Positions 1 to 12,794 of a DNA stretch of 64,000 bases are shown here, piece by piece. The translations under genes and the position numbers were made by a program. The notes beneath the pieces are model-generated. The model searched no databases, was not told the DNA's origin, and was given only the letters and a program-made list of their open reading frames with translations. Within the stretch, counting starts at the first letter, position 1. Each line of letters opens with the position of its first letter. Source of the stretch: Lama guanicoe (lineage: Eukaryota); assembly GCA_013239625.1 (NCBI GenBank), contig MU054391.1, positions 2,137,130 through 2,201,129 on the forward strand. Direction: 5' to 3'.

Positions 1-230
1 TATATGCAGATGACGTGGTGCTAAAGATATAAAACCCTGAAGACTCTACACAAAAACTAATAGAACTGAAACATGGATTCAGCAAGGTAGCAGGACACAA
101 GACTAGTGTGCAGAAATCGGTTTCACTTCTTTATACTAACAATGAAATAGCAAAAGGAAAGCGAAAAGAATCCCTTTTAAAGTTGCATCAAAAATAGTTG
201 GGGATAAACCTGATCAGGGAGGTGAAAGAT
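1..230 (+). mobile_element. LINE-1 ORF2 reverse-transcriptase fragment (degenerate)
   Basis: From nt 3 it reads YADDVVLKI*NPEDSTQKLIELKHGFSKVAGHKTSVQKSVSLLYTNNE, matching the L1 RT catalytic block (F/YADDMILYIENPKDST..FSKVAGYKINIQKSVAFLYTNN). It has an in-frame stop. Confidence 0.93.
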
Positions 231-372
231 ATTTTATATATATTTATATATATATATATATCACATATATGTACACACACATATATATTACATATATGTC
301 ACATGTATATGTACATTACACATACATTACATATATATAAAAATATTGCATATCTATGTAATTTATATATAC
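231..372. repeat. (TA)/(CA)-rich low-complexity microsatellite
   Basis: Direct reading: tatatatatttatatatata...cacatatatgtacacacac. Confidence 0.9.
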
Positions 373-446
373 GTAACAGGATCACTTTGCTGTACACCAG
401 AAACAAACACAACATTGTAAATCAACTCTACTTCAATATAAAGAAG
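373..446 (+). mobile_element. LINE-1 3' terminus (cetartiodactyl-type)
   Basis: gatcactttgctgtacaccagaaacaaacacaacattgtaaatcaactctacttcaata followed by an A-rich tail is the typical L1 3' end. Confidence 0.88.
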
Positions 447-449
447 GCG

Positions 450-1457
450 TAATTGAGGTAAATACATAATAAACGACACAACTCAAGCTGTAAAACTTGA
501 TGTTTTAGCGTATTTATACAACAGAGTCATTAGCACCACAGTCAAGATACTGAACATCCATCTGCCCCACTTTCTTGCCGTCCCTCCTTGCAGACCCTCC
601 TGCATCCTCAGGCACCTTCTGACGTGTTTCTGTTTCCAAGAGTCGTCTGCACATGATGCATCCACGTGGGACGCTCTCCCTCTGGGCTGGGGAAAGGGTC
701 TCTTCCTCCACTGGGTTTCATTCTTGCAGATCCGTGCACGTTGCTGCATTCATCATTATTTCATTTTCTTTTTTTAATTATGAGAAGTATTGGCTGTATG
801 GATACACCACAGTTTGTGTACCTGTTCACCTTTTGTTAGGCAGTCTAGTGGTTTCCAGCTTTGAACTGTTACCAACAAAGCGGTTATGAATGTGATGTAC
901 AAGTTTTACATGAGTAAGCGTTTTCACTTATCTTGGGTAAAAACAAACACTCAGCAAACAAAAAAGAATGGAATGGGTTTTTCACACGACAGGAAAGTGT
1001 TTCCTTAAGAACGCGCCCTGCTGTGCTCCCCGTCTGTGCCCGACCGCGGGCGCACCAGCCTTGCGGAGGGCTGGTCTGCGGCTCGGGCAGTGTTCTGTGT
1101 TGCCCTTCCCTCCCTTTCTCCTTCGGATTTTAGCCTTTCTCAGAGGTGTAGGGTTCTATCACACTGCTTTTCAACTTGTGCGTTTTCGAAGACAAATGAT
1201 GTTGTACATCTTTTTATATGCTTCTTTGTAACCAGTACATCTTCTTTCGTGAAGTGTGGGTTCGAATGTGTCACTCTTTTTTCCACTGACATTTGTCTTC
1301 TTAACCGAGTTCTGGGAATTCTCTATATATGATAGATACATGTCCTTTGTCAGAAACATGTGATTTACAAACACTTTCTAAGAGTCTGAGGCTTGTTTTT
1401 CATTCTCTTCACAGAATCACTCAAAGAACAGATGTTTTTAACTTTGATGAGGTCCAC
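450..1457 (-). mobile_element. Ancient L1M (L1MB/ME-like) 3' UTR plus ORF2 C-terminal remnant
   Basis: Contains ggatacaccacagtttgt, gtggtttccagcttt, gatgttgtacatctttttatatg, tcctttgtcaga and ttttaactttgatgaggtcca, typical of antisense old L1. Confidence 0.8.
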
Positions 1458-1933
1458 AGGATAGAAAGGGCTGACTGAGAATAAATCCTAAATGGGAACC
1501 ACAAATTCCGGCTGTGGGAAATGCGCCTGTCTGCTTGAAAACTGGGGTCAGCTGTAACCCCAGACAGTCAGCCTCAGACAGGCTGATAGCCAAGCACCGC
1601 TGTTCATTTTCCCCCATCATACTAACTCCAAATGGGCCATGTGAGCCACAGCTCCAAGGGCCTTGCACGCTTCATGGTTTGGGAACTAAATTCAGGACAC
1701 CCAGCTACCACTGTGAAATGATACAGAAACTATGAGACACTGAGATGATTCTGACACCATTTCAAATCACAGGAACATGTGCTATCTGAGCCTGGGAAAC
1801 AAACCAAGCGAATGTGTGACGTTACAGCAGTAAGCTACGCTAAGACATTTCAAAAATAAAAAATACAATGTAATCCTTACACGATGACAAATTAGAAATT
1901 AGTTTGGTTTTCGGCTTTTGTGAATACTTAATC

Positions 1934-1993
1934 TCTCTTTCTTCCTTCCTTCCTTCCTTCCTCTTTTCTTTCTTTCTTTGTTTTTCTTTCCTT
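1934..1993. repeat. (CTTC)n/(CTTT)n pyrimidine simple repeat
   Basis: Direct reading. Confidence 0.85.
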
Positions 1994-4704
1994 CAACAAA
2001 TTAGAATCCTCTTTGTATGAAAAGAGGATTTTGATGCCGCATGGGGGGGAAGGATTGGCTGACAGACACATTTTAGCTCGATCTGCGTGGATGTTTTCCC
2101 ATGAGAATAAAGCTGCAACTTTGGGTCTTAGGATAAAGCGGTCATGACAAAATATTTTGAAAACATTACATTTCTACAGGCTATCTGTTTCTCAAGACAT
2201 GGGAAATGGTACACATGCACTTCTTCAGGGTTCAGTACAGGAGTCTGGCATTTCAGCTGGAGGGATCGCATTGATGGGACCAGAATGGTGAGAGAGAGAG
2301 ACAGAGAAAGGGCCAGGGGCCAGAGAGGGTGGAATAAAAATAAGAAAGGACTTATATTTAGGAATGAAAATATTTTCCACCTCATCCACTTGGATTTCCA
2401 GGGCCCAAGGTAAAAAATCTCCCCAACAGCTTACTCTGAACGCGGTAGGTAGGTAAAGACAGGCCTGCAGTGGCCGGGCCACACATACCACGTGTTCAGA
2501 ACAGGCAGGGGTCAGTGGTGGCACCGAGGGGGCTCGTTCTGGAACAGAGATGCGGGCCGGCTGCTTGCTCTCGTGTTCTCTTCCCTCAGCACTGCTTCTC
2601 TAACTTTAAGACACTGCTCGGGGATCGAGAGGAAATTAAATGCGAACGTTGAACCTTGTGCTGTGATGGGTCTGTGATATCATCGACCGAGATCTGTCTC
2701 CTGGAAACCCCGGAAGTGCTGAGGGGAATTACCACGTATTCCGCAGGAAGAGAAGCTGTAGCTCTGTGAGCAGAGAGGGTCTCAGGTGTGCGTGTCACAG
2801 AGGCGTTGTGGACACTGTGGGGGCAAAATCATCATATTTAACATTTTCCCTCCCCTGCTCGGGAAACAGACTTCTGGCTTTGCCCGTTCAGTGCACTCCC
2901 CTTATTCAAAAGGGGTGTTTTTTCCTTCTCAAATGAGTCACTGGGTTTTCATGAGGCAGACTCCAAGAATAAGGAAAAAGAAACAGGAGTAAGAGTCAGA
3001 AGGTAACAGTTTAAGGACAAGAGGCCCCTGGGCTGACGCTGCAGGAGAGCTGGACAGGGAGGTGGAGAAGCTGCAGGATGTGGAGAAAACTGAAGAAGTC
3101 AACACAAGCTGTAGGAGGCAGGCCTCCCGCTGCTGGGCGCTGTGGTTGTGGCGCCCACGCTGCTCCGAGGCTGCACTTCCACCGGTACCCTGCTAAATGA
3201 CAGCCCTCCCGTTTTCTGACGTGCCGTGGGTCGCCGCATGCAGGGACGTATGCATGGCTTTTAAAGCAATGGACCAAATGTATATGCACTGATTCTGGAA
3301 GATATTACATCTGTCAAAACCATAAAAAAGGTGTTTTGAAAATAGACAAATAACAAAAAGAAAGTTCTTAGAGTTTGAAGAGTTGATAGTCAGGTTTGAA
3401 GAGCGACCTGGAATAAAGCTATGAAAATCTTTCAGAATTCAGGGGGGCAGGAGAACGGAAGACATACATCCAGGTAACATCAGGGCAAAGGGGACACTTA
3501 GACAATCAACCTAAGTGATTTCAGAGAGAAGAGAGAAAGGAGAGGTGGAAAAGGCAAGTAACGGAAGGAATTCTTCTAGCCTTCCCCTTCACTGCTGGTT
3601 CTCCGCCCTTCCCGCAGCCAGGAGTTGGCACGTTCCTGGCCCCCTGCAGATAGGGGAGGCCGAGCCCGAGGGCTGGGGAGTGGGTCTGTGCAGGGGCAGC
3701 GACGGTCATTTCCAGCCAGGGCACCACGTGCCGGCACGCGTCTCCAGGCCCTTCCCCTATGCCTGCCTTGGGAATGCGCTGTGGTGACGGCTGCGGACCC
3801 CGAGGCGGAAGCATCCTGCACCCCTGAGACGCTGCACGGGGGACGGCTGCCCTGGGGCACCGTCTGCACCCACAAGGGGCTCTAATCTAAGTCGAAGTGT
3901 CCTGAGGTTAAGCTGCCGAGATACTGGTGCTGTTTGTCCCTGGGACCTAAGACCTTCTCCTCGTGATAATATAGTTATCTTGATTCCCATGCTTTATGAA
4001 TTTATTATACAATTTCTATATAATTTAGCAACAAAAAAACTCTATGGTAGGTTGTGAGCAAGACTTTAGTAGTAAATATGGATATTAGCAAAAGTCTTCA
4101 GTCAACGTACCGAAGACGGGTGGTATGTCCTGGATCAAGAGGAGAGATGAGAAGCGATTATGGATCAAACTGTCATACTGAAATGTAAAACCAGGAGTAG
4201 GTGGGATTCATATTTAGAAAAAAAGAAGAAAGTAAAGACATTCGCTTTCTGGAAAATTGTGAATTCTACCTCTCGGGAATTTCAAAGCTTCGGAAGTCCT
4301 GAGGCTTGGCTTTTCCTTAACGCCCCAGCCTCCCCGGCTGCTCCCCAGCGACCTGCATATTCTGGGTGTACGTCCTCCGGTTTGGCCTCACATCAGCCAA
4401 ACACACGCCCTGAGGCAGTGTTTTCCGGTGTGCACTGAGCCACTGACTGCTGGATTCTCTTGGGGTGACTGTGAAAATGTGGGCTCCTGGTCCCCAGCCC
4501 AGATTCCAGCGAGTCAGAGGCTCCCGGCCCCTGGGGAGACAGGGTTGTTGAAACACGTTCCTCGGTGAGTTTTATACGCCACGAACACTGAGAAACACTC
4601 CAACCAAGTGTTTTCTTGTCCCACAGGCCCTTTGAATGGCTGGTCTCCCTGAATGATTATGTTCTGAGGTCTATGTCAATTGTTTCATCGTTTGTCATAT
4701 TCTT

Positions 4705-4817
4705 TTTTTTAAACATTTTTATTGATTTGTAATCATTTTACAATGTTGTGTCAAATTCCAGTGTAGCGCACAATTTTTCAGTTATACATGAACGTATATA
4801 TATTCATGGTCACATTT
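4705..4817 (-). mobile_element. Young, severely 5'-truncated camelid-type L1 3' end with 14-bp TSD
   Basis: polyT + aaacatttttattgatttgtaatcattttacaatgttgtgtcaaattccagtgtag. The TSD tttgtcatattctt sits at 4691-4704 and 4818-4831. Confidence 0.9.
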
Positions 4818-6404
4818 TTTGTCATATTCTTATTACCATTACAATATAGCTGATTTCTAGGTTGGTACGAGAAGCCAGGTATTTCTCCGGACAACAGGAC
4901 AGACCAGGCAATCTGTCAGAGGGCAGAGAGAGAACCTGCATCAGAGAAGGACCCGTGTACTGAACTCTTGCTTCTGTTGTGAAAATCCTCCTGTTATCTG
5001 CAAATATGCTCCTGATTTTAAATCTAAACCTCACACGGGGTGAAGTCGTTGGTCTGCAGTCTCACCATACACCCTCTTTATTGGATCAGCTAGCACGATG
5101 GTCTACTGTAATTCTGGACGACATTAACACAACTGCACACCTCTCAGGAACACGGAGGACCACGCGTATCAAGGGCCCTAAGGAATCTGTGTATGTGTGT
5201 GTGTGGTGGGGGCAGGGGGAGTGTAGCCCCACGGGTGCATAGGCACCGCCTATCCTTGTAAGAGAACTCCTCAGGCCTCGCTATGTGCCTTTTATTTTGC
5301 AGATTTGCTGAGCAGACTAGAAGCAACAACAGAACAACTGTAAGAGCAGGTTTGCTGCTAGAGGCGGCTGCTCCTGAGCAGAGGTGCAGGGGTGAGGCGA
5401 TGCAGCAAGGAAGGAAAGGCAGAGGCCAGGCAGAAGCAAGAATGAGCTTGAAAAATGAGTTACACGCCAGAAAAGGAAACCTGTCCCTCACAACCGCACC
5501 TGCCTTCTACAGACAGATTGTAACATCCTCTGTCGTTCTGAATGACCTGAAGGGTTGCCCTGTATATGTCTGGTAATAAACACCAAAGAGGATTGCATTT
5601 CTGTTTTTCATAGAGGAGAAGATAATTTGAAATTCCGGGTTGGGGAGGGAAGCACACATGGAGAATGAGAAAGGAGGCGGTAAGCCTGCGGCTTCGTTGA
5701 GGGAAGGGCTGCAGAGAGAAGCCCCCGTTCCCTGCCGAGGAGCGAAGTGGCCGCTTCTGTCTCCGCGGAGCCGTGGGGGACGTCTGCAGTGCCTGCGCAC
5801 AGCTGGTCTGGGGAGCCTCTGGCTGGGGAGGGACTGAAGATCTTAGGCAAGGACCCAGAGTGTAGAAAGGACACCGGCTGAAAAGAAGTCCTTGGGGAAT
5901 TCTCCAGTCTCTTTGGAGCAATTTGTTTACAACTGTGAGGTTGGAAGATCAAATTGCTTTAGTCTCTCCATGGTGGGTGGTGGTGCTTACATTGGGGGTA
6001 GCAATTATATTCGTTTTAAGAAAACTAGAATTGTGCATTACTTGGTTGAGGAGTTTATACCCTGTCCCAGACTTAAATGCACCAACACTCCATTTCCAAA
6101 AATGTTCTGAATGAGCACTGAGCACAAGTACTGAGCCCCCGCGGAACGTGGCGCTCAGAGCAGGGAGGCAGGCTCCGCTCACTCCTCAGCCGAGTCCCGA
6201 AGGATGGGTATGCGTTGCTGGACGGATAATAAGGGTGAGGCGGGCACCGGGGCGGAGGCACGTGGGCACGTGTGTTCCAGCAGCAGCCCTGAGCCCAGGG
6301 CAGCCGCGGGGCAGCAGGCCTGGAGGCCGAGGGCACAGGCAGGGTCACAAGCAGTCGAGTACAACACGCTAAGGAGTTTAGATACTAACCTGCAGGTGGC
6401 GAAT

Positions 6405-6470
6405 TTACATGATCAGATTTGCATTTAAAAGATCACTCTGGGCAAGTGTGAGGAAACAGTTGCTGAAGCG
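6405..6470 (-). mobile_element. L2 fragment
   Basis: catgatcagatttgcatttaaaagatcactctgg resembles the L2 motif tgatcagatttgcattttagaaagatcactctgg. Confidence 0.5.
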
Positions 6471-8347
6471 GAGAATGACCGGGATCTGGTCACAAAGCCG
6501 GCGCTCGGGAGCCCAGCCCCGGACGCGTGTGCACCGCGAGGGTCGCCTGCGTCATGGTCCCTCTGAACCTCTTGCCTTGGCGGTGTCTCCACTCTCTTGG
6601 CCTCTCATGGACGGGAGACCAGAGGTGATGACGATGGACATATTGACTGTGATCAAAAACGCGCGTTCCTTCGAAACGTGTCTTCTTCCTTCTCACGGCG
6701 CGTGGGGGCTTTAGCAGGGAGGACCAGAGGAAAGACGCAGCGTCGTACAGCAAAGACCCACGGAGGCCGTGCCAGAACGCCCCTCCCTCCTGCCCCCCCC
6801 ACTCCCTGTTGATACGCACACATTCACACTCACAAACACACCTCACAGCGGAGTGTTTTACAAGTAGACGCTTCAGGACACAGCGTCTCCCAGGGACCCA
6901 GCAGCCCCGGGAGAGTGACGCTTCTGTTCAAGGTCGGTGGCTGTACCGTCAAAATAAGCAGCCGTCTTATTCCGAAGACCCAGGTGAAGACTGGGAGGCA
7001 GTGCAGCAGGACGGAATGAATGCAGATTTTTTGGGCATGAAACAGACCTTGAAGAATCAGTCAGAATTAAGTAGCCATCTTGTGTTTCTTTAGGACGATG
7101 TCCTCATTTCTCCGAGACTTCAGAGCAGGGCCCGTTACGTGGGAAAGGAAGTGGCTACGTGGGGGCGGTTGTGAGTTGCTGCACAGAGATGCAGGGCTAC
7201 CGTCTGGCACAGAGACAGGTGCTCAATGAACATTAACCCAAATGGGGCGCTGATGATGGTTTGACGGCTGAGTGATTCCACACACATTAATGTACTGGGT
7301 AGGGAGAATACGTAATGCATTTTAAAGAGAGAGACAGAGAGAGAGGGAGGGAGATTTTGTAGAACTTATTTAATTTTGGAGGATTTCCACCGTACTCGAC
7401 TTGGTACTCAGTCTTTATGCCTGTGTTTGGGTGCCGCGTCCCTGGTACTCACTATTCATGCTCTGCAGATACACAGCAGAACAATTATGTGAGGACCAGG
7501 GACGTCTGGTGCATAAAAGCCTTAATACAGCTTAGAATGCCTGTGCTGCCAAGGATCAGCTGGTCACTGTCAGGCAGTAAGGAGGATATGGCCTGATACT
7601 TCCAAAGGATGGTGCAAAAGACGTGGGGATTTCTATTCTGTTAGCCACTAATTACCAAAGAGTGTTTCTTTTTCAAACAGACGGAAGTTTTGTTAACAGA
7701 TTATGTAACAAAATATCTGATTCATGTACATATTTTTATTCATCTGCAAATTACTTTTTTTTTTGCTACAGAGATTAATTTGAAAACTCTTGGTCATGGA
7801 ACATCATGTACAATTTCGTACTCTAGCATTTGTTGAGAATTATTTCTTTATACAAAAGTTTCAGGGAAATGCTATTTTAGAATCTAGCGTGTGATGCAAG
7901 GAAGCTCACAAGCTCAGTTGGGGGATCAAAAGTTTGCTCACTCAGGTATAACTGGAAATATTTGAAAAATTTCCAAGTTTATAAAAAATTACACCTCCAT
8001 TATACACGTGTGTGTGTGTGTGTATAAGTTTATATGCACAAATAGATTTACATTTTTATGGTTAATATCCGTAGGAGCATATTCACCTAAGGTCGTTTGG
8101 TTGCAAAACATTTAATTACTTCAAGCAAGTTTCCCCCCACCTCACCCCACCCCCTTTGCCTTGGGGTAAAGCAAAATTTCAAAGGCGCTGTAAGAGCCGA
8201 GTGGCCCATGGAGATTCCATACAGTTCATTGGCAGCACTGGAGTTGCTTAATGCTGCTTGGGTGAAATGTGCCTAGGTCCCAACAAGGACTGATGAGGGA
8301 ATTTGTAGCTTGGTTTTGGTTTTTAGGAGGTGATGATCCGGACTCTC

Positions 8348-8750
8348 AATAGAGAGGTCCTTGGGGCTGATGATGGGATGGGCTGTTTCACCCGAACATC
8401 CCTGCACGTGTCTGAGCTGAGCTGAACGCCTGTAAGAGCAGACATGATGCAGCCGATGGATGGACAGGTGCCCAAGGGTAGAACGTGGATCTCGAAGAAG
8501 GCACGGTGGTCACTTTAAATGAAACAGGAGCTAGTTCTGCGTGGACTTTAGTGTGTCAGTGCTACGTATGCCAAGGAGACTGAATCTTTCCATGACCTCT
8601 GCCGCCGCCTTTAGAAAGTGGCGGAGCACATTTGGAGGACTGTGTGTGCCACACATCCCGCTCGTGCAGAATTGTCTCCGCAGTGGAGGTTCGTGCAGTT
8701 CCTGCAGCTTCACGGACTGGAGCTGACAGTTCTCAACCCGGGAACATGTT
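8348..8750 (+). mobile_element. Possible highly decayed RTE-clade LINE (L4/MamRTE-like) RT fossil
   Basis: NREVLGADD (8348-8374) is followed, with frameshifts, by YAKETESFHDLCRRL..IW..RAELS..LQL, loosely resembling RTE RELLFADD and HAKQLERFHQRCLR..W..RAGLP..QLRW. The spacing is too short without deletions. Confidence 0.25.
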
Positions 8751-9064
8751 TAACTGGAATCAACGGAAAAATTATGGCTTGACCTGGAATTTATCACATC
8801 ACTCACAACTCTTCCTACTTGTCCACACAAAACTTGACAATCTGGAAGAAAAGGGACCTTCCTTCTTACAACTTACGACTGGTAAGTTTAGAATTTCTGG
8901 TGGTGTGTCCGTTAGTGAAATCTGCGCAGTGCAGTGCTACCAGCCAAGCTCACCAGCCAATCTCAGTTTGCATCTGGAGTTTGTAACAGGAGAGCGACCC
9001 CAAGCCTGTGGGTCATCCCAGCAGACGAGCTCGTACACAACCCTCACAATTTTCACCATCGTTA

Positions 9065-9077
9065 GTGACGTCACGTG
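9065..9077. promoter_or_regulatory. Full palindromic CRE overlapping a CACGTG E-box
   Basis: GTGACGTCACGTG, with TGACGTCA at 9066-9073 and CACGTG at 9072-9077. The motif is certain; function is inferred. Confidence 0.45.
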
Positions 9078-9263
9078 GCCACCGCTCTGTATGTTTACTG
9101 TCACATTCCTTTGAAAGTAATATGATTTTATCATGATTGTATCAAGCCTGAATAAACTTGACTAACTTCATTGTAAGAATAAACATTTATTTTAATAAAT
9201 TTACAAACCCAGGCACGAGATTCATAGAAACATACTTTGGCCACTTAATAACTTTCAGAAAAG

Positions 9264-9495
9264 ACATCTGATTCTACTTTCCCCTGTCACTGCGGTTCTA
9301 ATTGCTTTGATATAATAGCTGTGGGGTTTTATTTTTTTACTGATCAGACAGATTCCTCACTAATACATAGCAGAAAGAAATATTAGATTTCTGTTCTATT
9401 TGACAAGGCTGTCGTTAAAGTCAGTTGGATCCAATTTATTTCCTCCAATGCTTTCATATTGAAAGTATCTTTGAAGTTCCTTTAGCCATCTTTGG
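9264..9495 (+). repeat. Ancient conserved interspersed element, MER121-like (copy 1)
   Basis: acatctgattctactttcccc..tctaattgctttgatataatagctgtggggttttattt..cagattcctcactaatac aligns by eye over ~230 bp with 23142-23374. The family name is from recall. Confidence 0.65.
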
Positions 9496-9809
9496 TGAAC
9501 CTACGTATCTGATGTGTGATGAGACCGTGGAGAAAATAATGCATTTGACCCAAATTTATACGTTTCTATACAAAGTTGTGCGCTCTTAGACAGAAACAGG
9601 TTTATGTGCACTACCAACTGAATTGATTCATTTGCGATACCAGTTCATATTTTGTATGCTACTGGAGAGCATAGCTGGTTTAATATCTATATTCAATTAA
9701 AACACTTTACATGTAAGCTAGTGCCGTACCAGCCATATGTTAACACAAATATGCAGGAACTCTTATACTGATTTTCACTGCATTATAATCTTACTTGACC
9801 TTTTATATA

Positions 9810-10020
9810 CTTTACGTATTATATATAGTACCATATGTAATATAGGTAATATTTTATATAACATATCTGTACTGTACAATATATAATATATAATGGTGTC
9901 ATGCTAATATGTGACATGCATTTTAATATAATATGTTAATTTACAAATATTAATTATATTATATTGCTATAATAATAATAATATAATAGTACTATAATAC
10001 ACATTAAATTATAAATAGTA
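9810..10020. repeat. AT-rich low-complexity tract
   Basis: Direct reading (tatataatatataatgg..ataataataataatataatag). Confidence 0.8.
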
Positions 10021-10024
10021 CAGC

Positions 10025-10200
10025 AGGCTTAAGAACTCAGGACCTGAACTGTCAATCTTTACCATTATAATCAATAATCTTCAGTCACATCATGAAGTCT
10101 CTGAGCTTAATATTTTTAATTGGGGCAAAAAATGACTGGCTCACAGGGCTGCTTTGAAGCTGAAAGGACAGATCACTTTCTGAAAGCCTTCTGTAGGTAA
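10025..10200 (+). mobile_element. MIR SINE remnant
   Basis: ttaagaactcagg..tctctgagcttaatatttttaatt..ctcacagggctgctttgaagctgaaagg follows the MIR layout. Confidence 0.45.
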
Positions 10201-12203
10201 CCCAGGGCTGCACAGACACTGCGCGCTTCCCAGCGGGCGCTCTCTCACACCCTGTGCATATAGCCATGCGCAGTTTTGATACATTCCATTCAAGGAATAG
10301 AAGCAGGTTGTGCTATGAGATAACATAAACCTAGCTTAAAGTATTACAAATTGAATAAAGAACGACCTACTTCTAAAATCCACAGAAAGGATAATGAGAA
10401 AACTTTATTTTTATTTATTTTATTTTTTTATGAGCAAATTTTAATTCAGTTAATTTGAATGGTTTTCTGGGGCTAATCACTGCTTGTTAAAGTAAATGAT
10501 GTCTTGACTCTAGCGGGTTGCACAGGTACATACTGTACAAAGACCAGTTGATAATGCATATAAAGATGCATACAAAATCACTTATTCATAGGACTGGAAT
10601 AAAATTTCTAATCTAAAAATTATTGTATTTGCCAATTATCTTTCTCTGATTAACACAAGCAAATGCTTAGGTGATCTCTTTAAGGGATACACTATAAATA
10701 TATGGATACATATATTAATAATATAAAACTTTGTAAACTTAATAAACTTAATAAAAACTAAAGCCCTTGATTGCTTGCAAAATACTTTTAGAAAGTATGA
10801 CTATCACTAGACTCAGAGTCCCAGTTCTCCGGGTGCCTGATGTGACACGCAGCTGGGACTTTCCCTTCCTCCTCTTTCAGAAAACATTTCTCAGTAATAT
10901 AAATATATTTCACGTGCAACTTTGCAAATGAACCGCTGTCAGACACTAACCAGGTTCTTCTGTTTCTGAAGCCTTCTGTCATCATGTGTTCAGTCAGATT
11001 GGGAGGGAGATAGCAGGGGACAGAGGACGGGGTAGGTTACTCTGGAAAGATACTGCTTTTCTACAGAGGTGAGGGGAGTGTGCGTGTGCATGTGCGTGTG
11101 TGTGTGCGTGTGCGTGGTGTCTACTGAAATCACAGCAGAGAGGGTGCCCGTCGTGGCAAAGGGCAGCGGTGGGGACTGTCCGGGGCCGGCTCAGGCTGGC
11201 TTGTTCTCCTTGTGTATGATTTTCCCTCTTGTTTAGCGTTGCCCTTTTACTCACTGTTGCAAAATTTTTGATTGTCGAATCCAGTGGTTTGCTGCCATCC
11301 CCTTATTTTGGTAGAGGGCTCTCAATTTCTTTTTTGGACAGTGTCCACCTTTGGTATGGCCATGCGATCAGGGAAAGACATCACCACCAGTCTTTGCCAA
11401 GTTTGGTTGCTTTAAGCTAAGTGTGGTGGTTCCTCCTTGCCGAGGCTGGGTTGAGGTCAAAGCGTATGATAATTCTGATACATAAGGTGACAATTCCTGG
11501 GATCACTTCTGAGAGAAGTTTTTCTCAGTCTTATAAAGAGTCCTGTGAAGGGGACTTTCCTTTGGTGAACACACACTTGGCCGGATGATGAAGAGATGTG
11601 CGGAGCCGCGGCAGCCTTCAGGGAACCAAGCCGCGGACAAGGGCCAGCGTGCTGAAGAGGGGTCGTGGAAAAGCAGAAATCCTGGACCCCCCGACTACAC
11701 AGAAGTGCCAGTGATTTACCCACACCCAGAGCCCTCTTTCTCTGGATCTCTCACTATGAGAGAGGCTGTAGGTCAGTATGTTTAAACAATTGACTTGGAT
11801 TTTTGTTGCCTGCAGCTGAATTTATGCTTATTATATCGTTTATATAGGAATGTACCATAATAGTTCATAAACATGATGGGGAAATTTAATTTCAATCTTA
11901 TGTAAATAGTTACCAATGCTGACAAGATTTTTAAAAAGAAAACAGTCAGAAATATTTGCAGGCTAATTTTGTAAACTTAAAGTTTATGAAATATGAGTTA
12001 ATATTTCCTTTCTTCACTAATTCATGTATTAATTTGGTGAATTTTTAGTAATTACTTATTATGTGTCTGAGTTAGATCAATTAAAAGGGCGGTAAAGTCC
12101 ACACTGGGCACAGTCCACCCGGAGCAGACATTTTTCTATTTCTGTGTATTTTTTTGCTAATTGTGCATCACTTTCAAGCTTACAGCAAAATTACAAGTAC
12201 ACA

Positions 12204-12417
12204 TGACTCAAAAAATTATTTGAAGGTAAGTTGTTGATACGATGCGTTGTCACTCCTGGATATGCTGGTGCATTTTTCATACAAACAAGTATATTTTCAT
12301 ACATGTCATGACACAGTCATGAGTCAGAAGATCTGCAAAGTCAGAGTAGCTCCTCCAATTGTCACCAACGTTCTTTACAGAAAAGGAACTGTCTCAGGGT
12401 TGCACGCTACTGAGTCA
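12204..12417. promoter_or_regulatory. Cluster of three AP-1 sites (enhancer candidate)
   Basis: TGACTCA at 12204-12210, TGAGTCA at 12320-12326 and TGAGTCA at 12411-12417. Confidence 0.35.
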
Positions 12418-12794
12418 CGCTCTCTCTCTCATTTCCTACAGGCTGAATCTGCTCCTCAGTCTTTCCCTGACTTTCAGAAACCTGGCACTTTTAAGGACTT
12501 CGGCTTTTTCATTTTGTAGAGTGGCCCTCGATTTGGAATTGTCTGATGTCTGCTCATGATGAGGATGCTGGCAGGGAAACAGACGTGGTGCCGCGTCCCT
12601 AACTGCATCCTAAACGGTGGCACGTGGCTTTGGTTTGTCCCACTGCTCATGACGTTAACCTGGATCACTCGGTGCAGGTGGCATCTCTCAAGTATCTCCA
12701 TTTTCAACTCCCTCTTTCACACTTTGTGATGAACAGGTGTTTTGTGGGCTGGTGCTTCAAACACTCCTTTCCTCAACAAACCGGTAAGTCCCTC

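Noticed and set aside
9151..9199. Three AATAAA hexamers as a plus-strand polyA site
   Set aside because: AT-rich context, no clear downstream GU/U element and no supported plus-strand gene.
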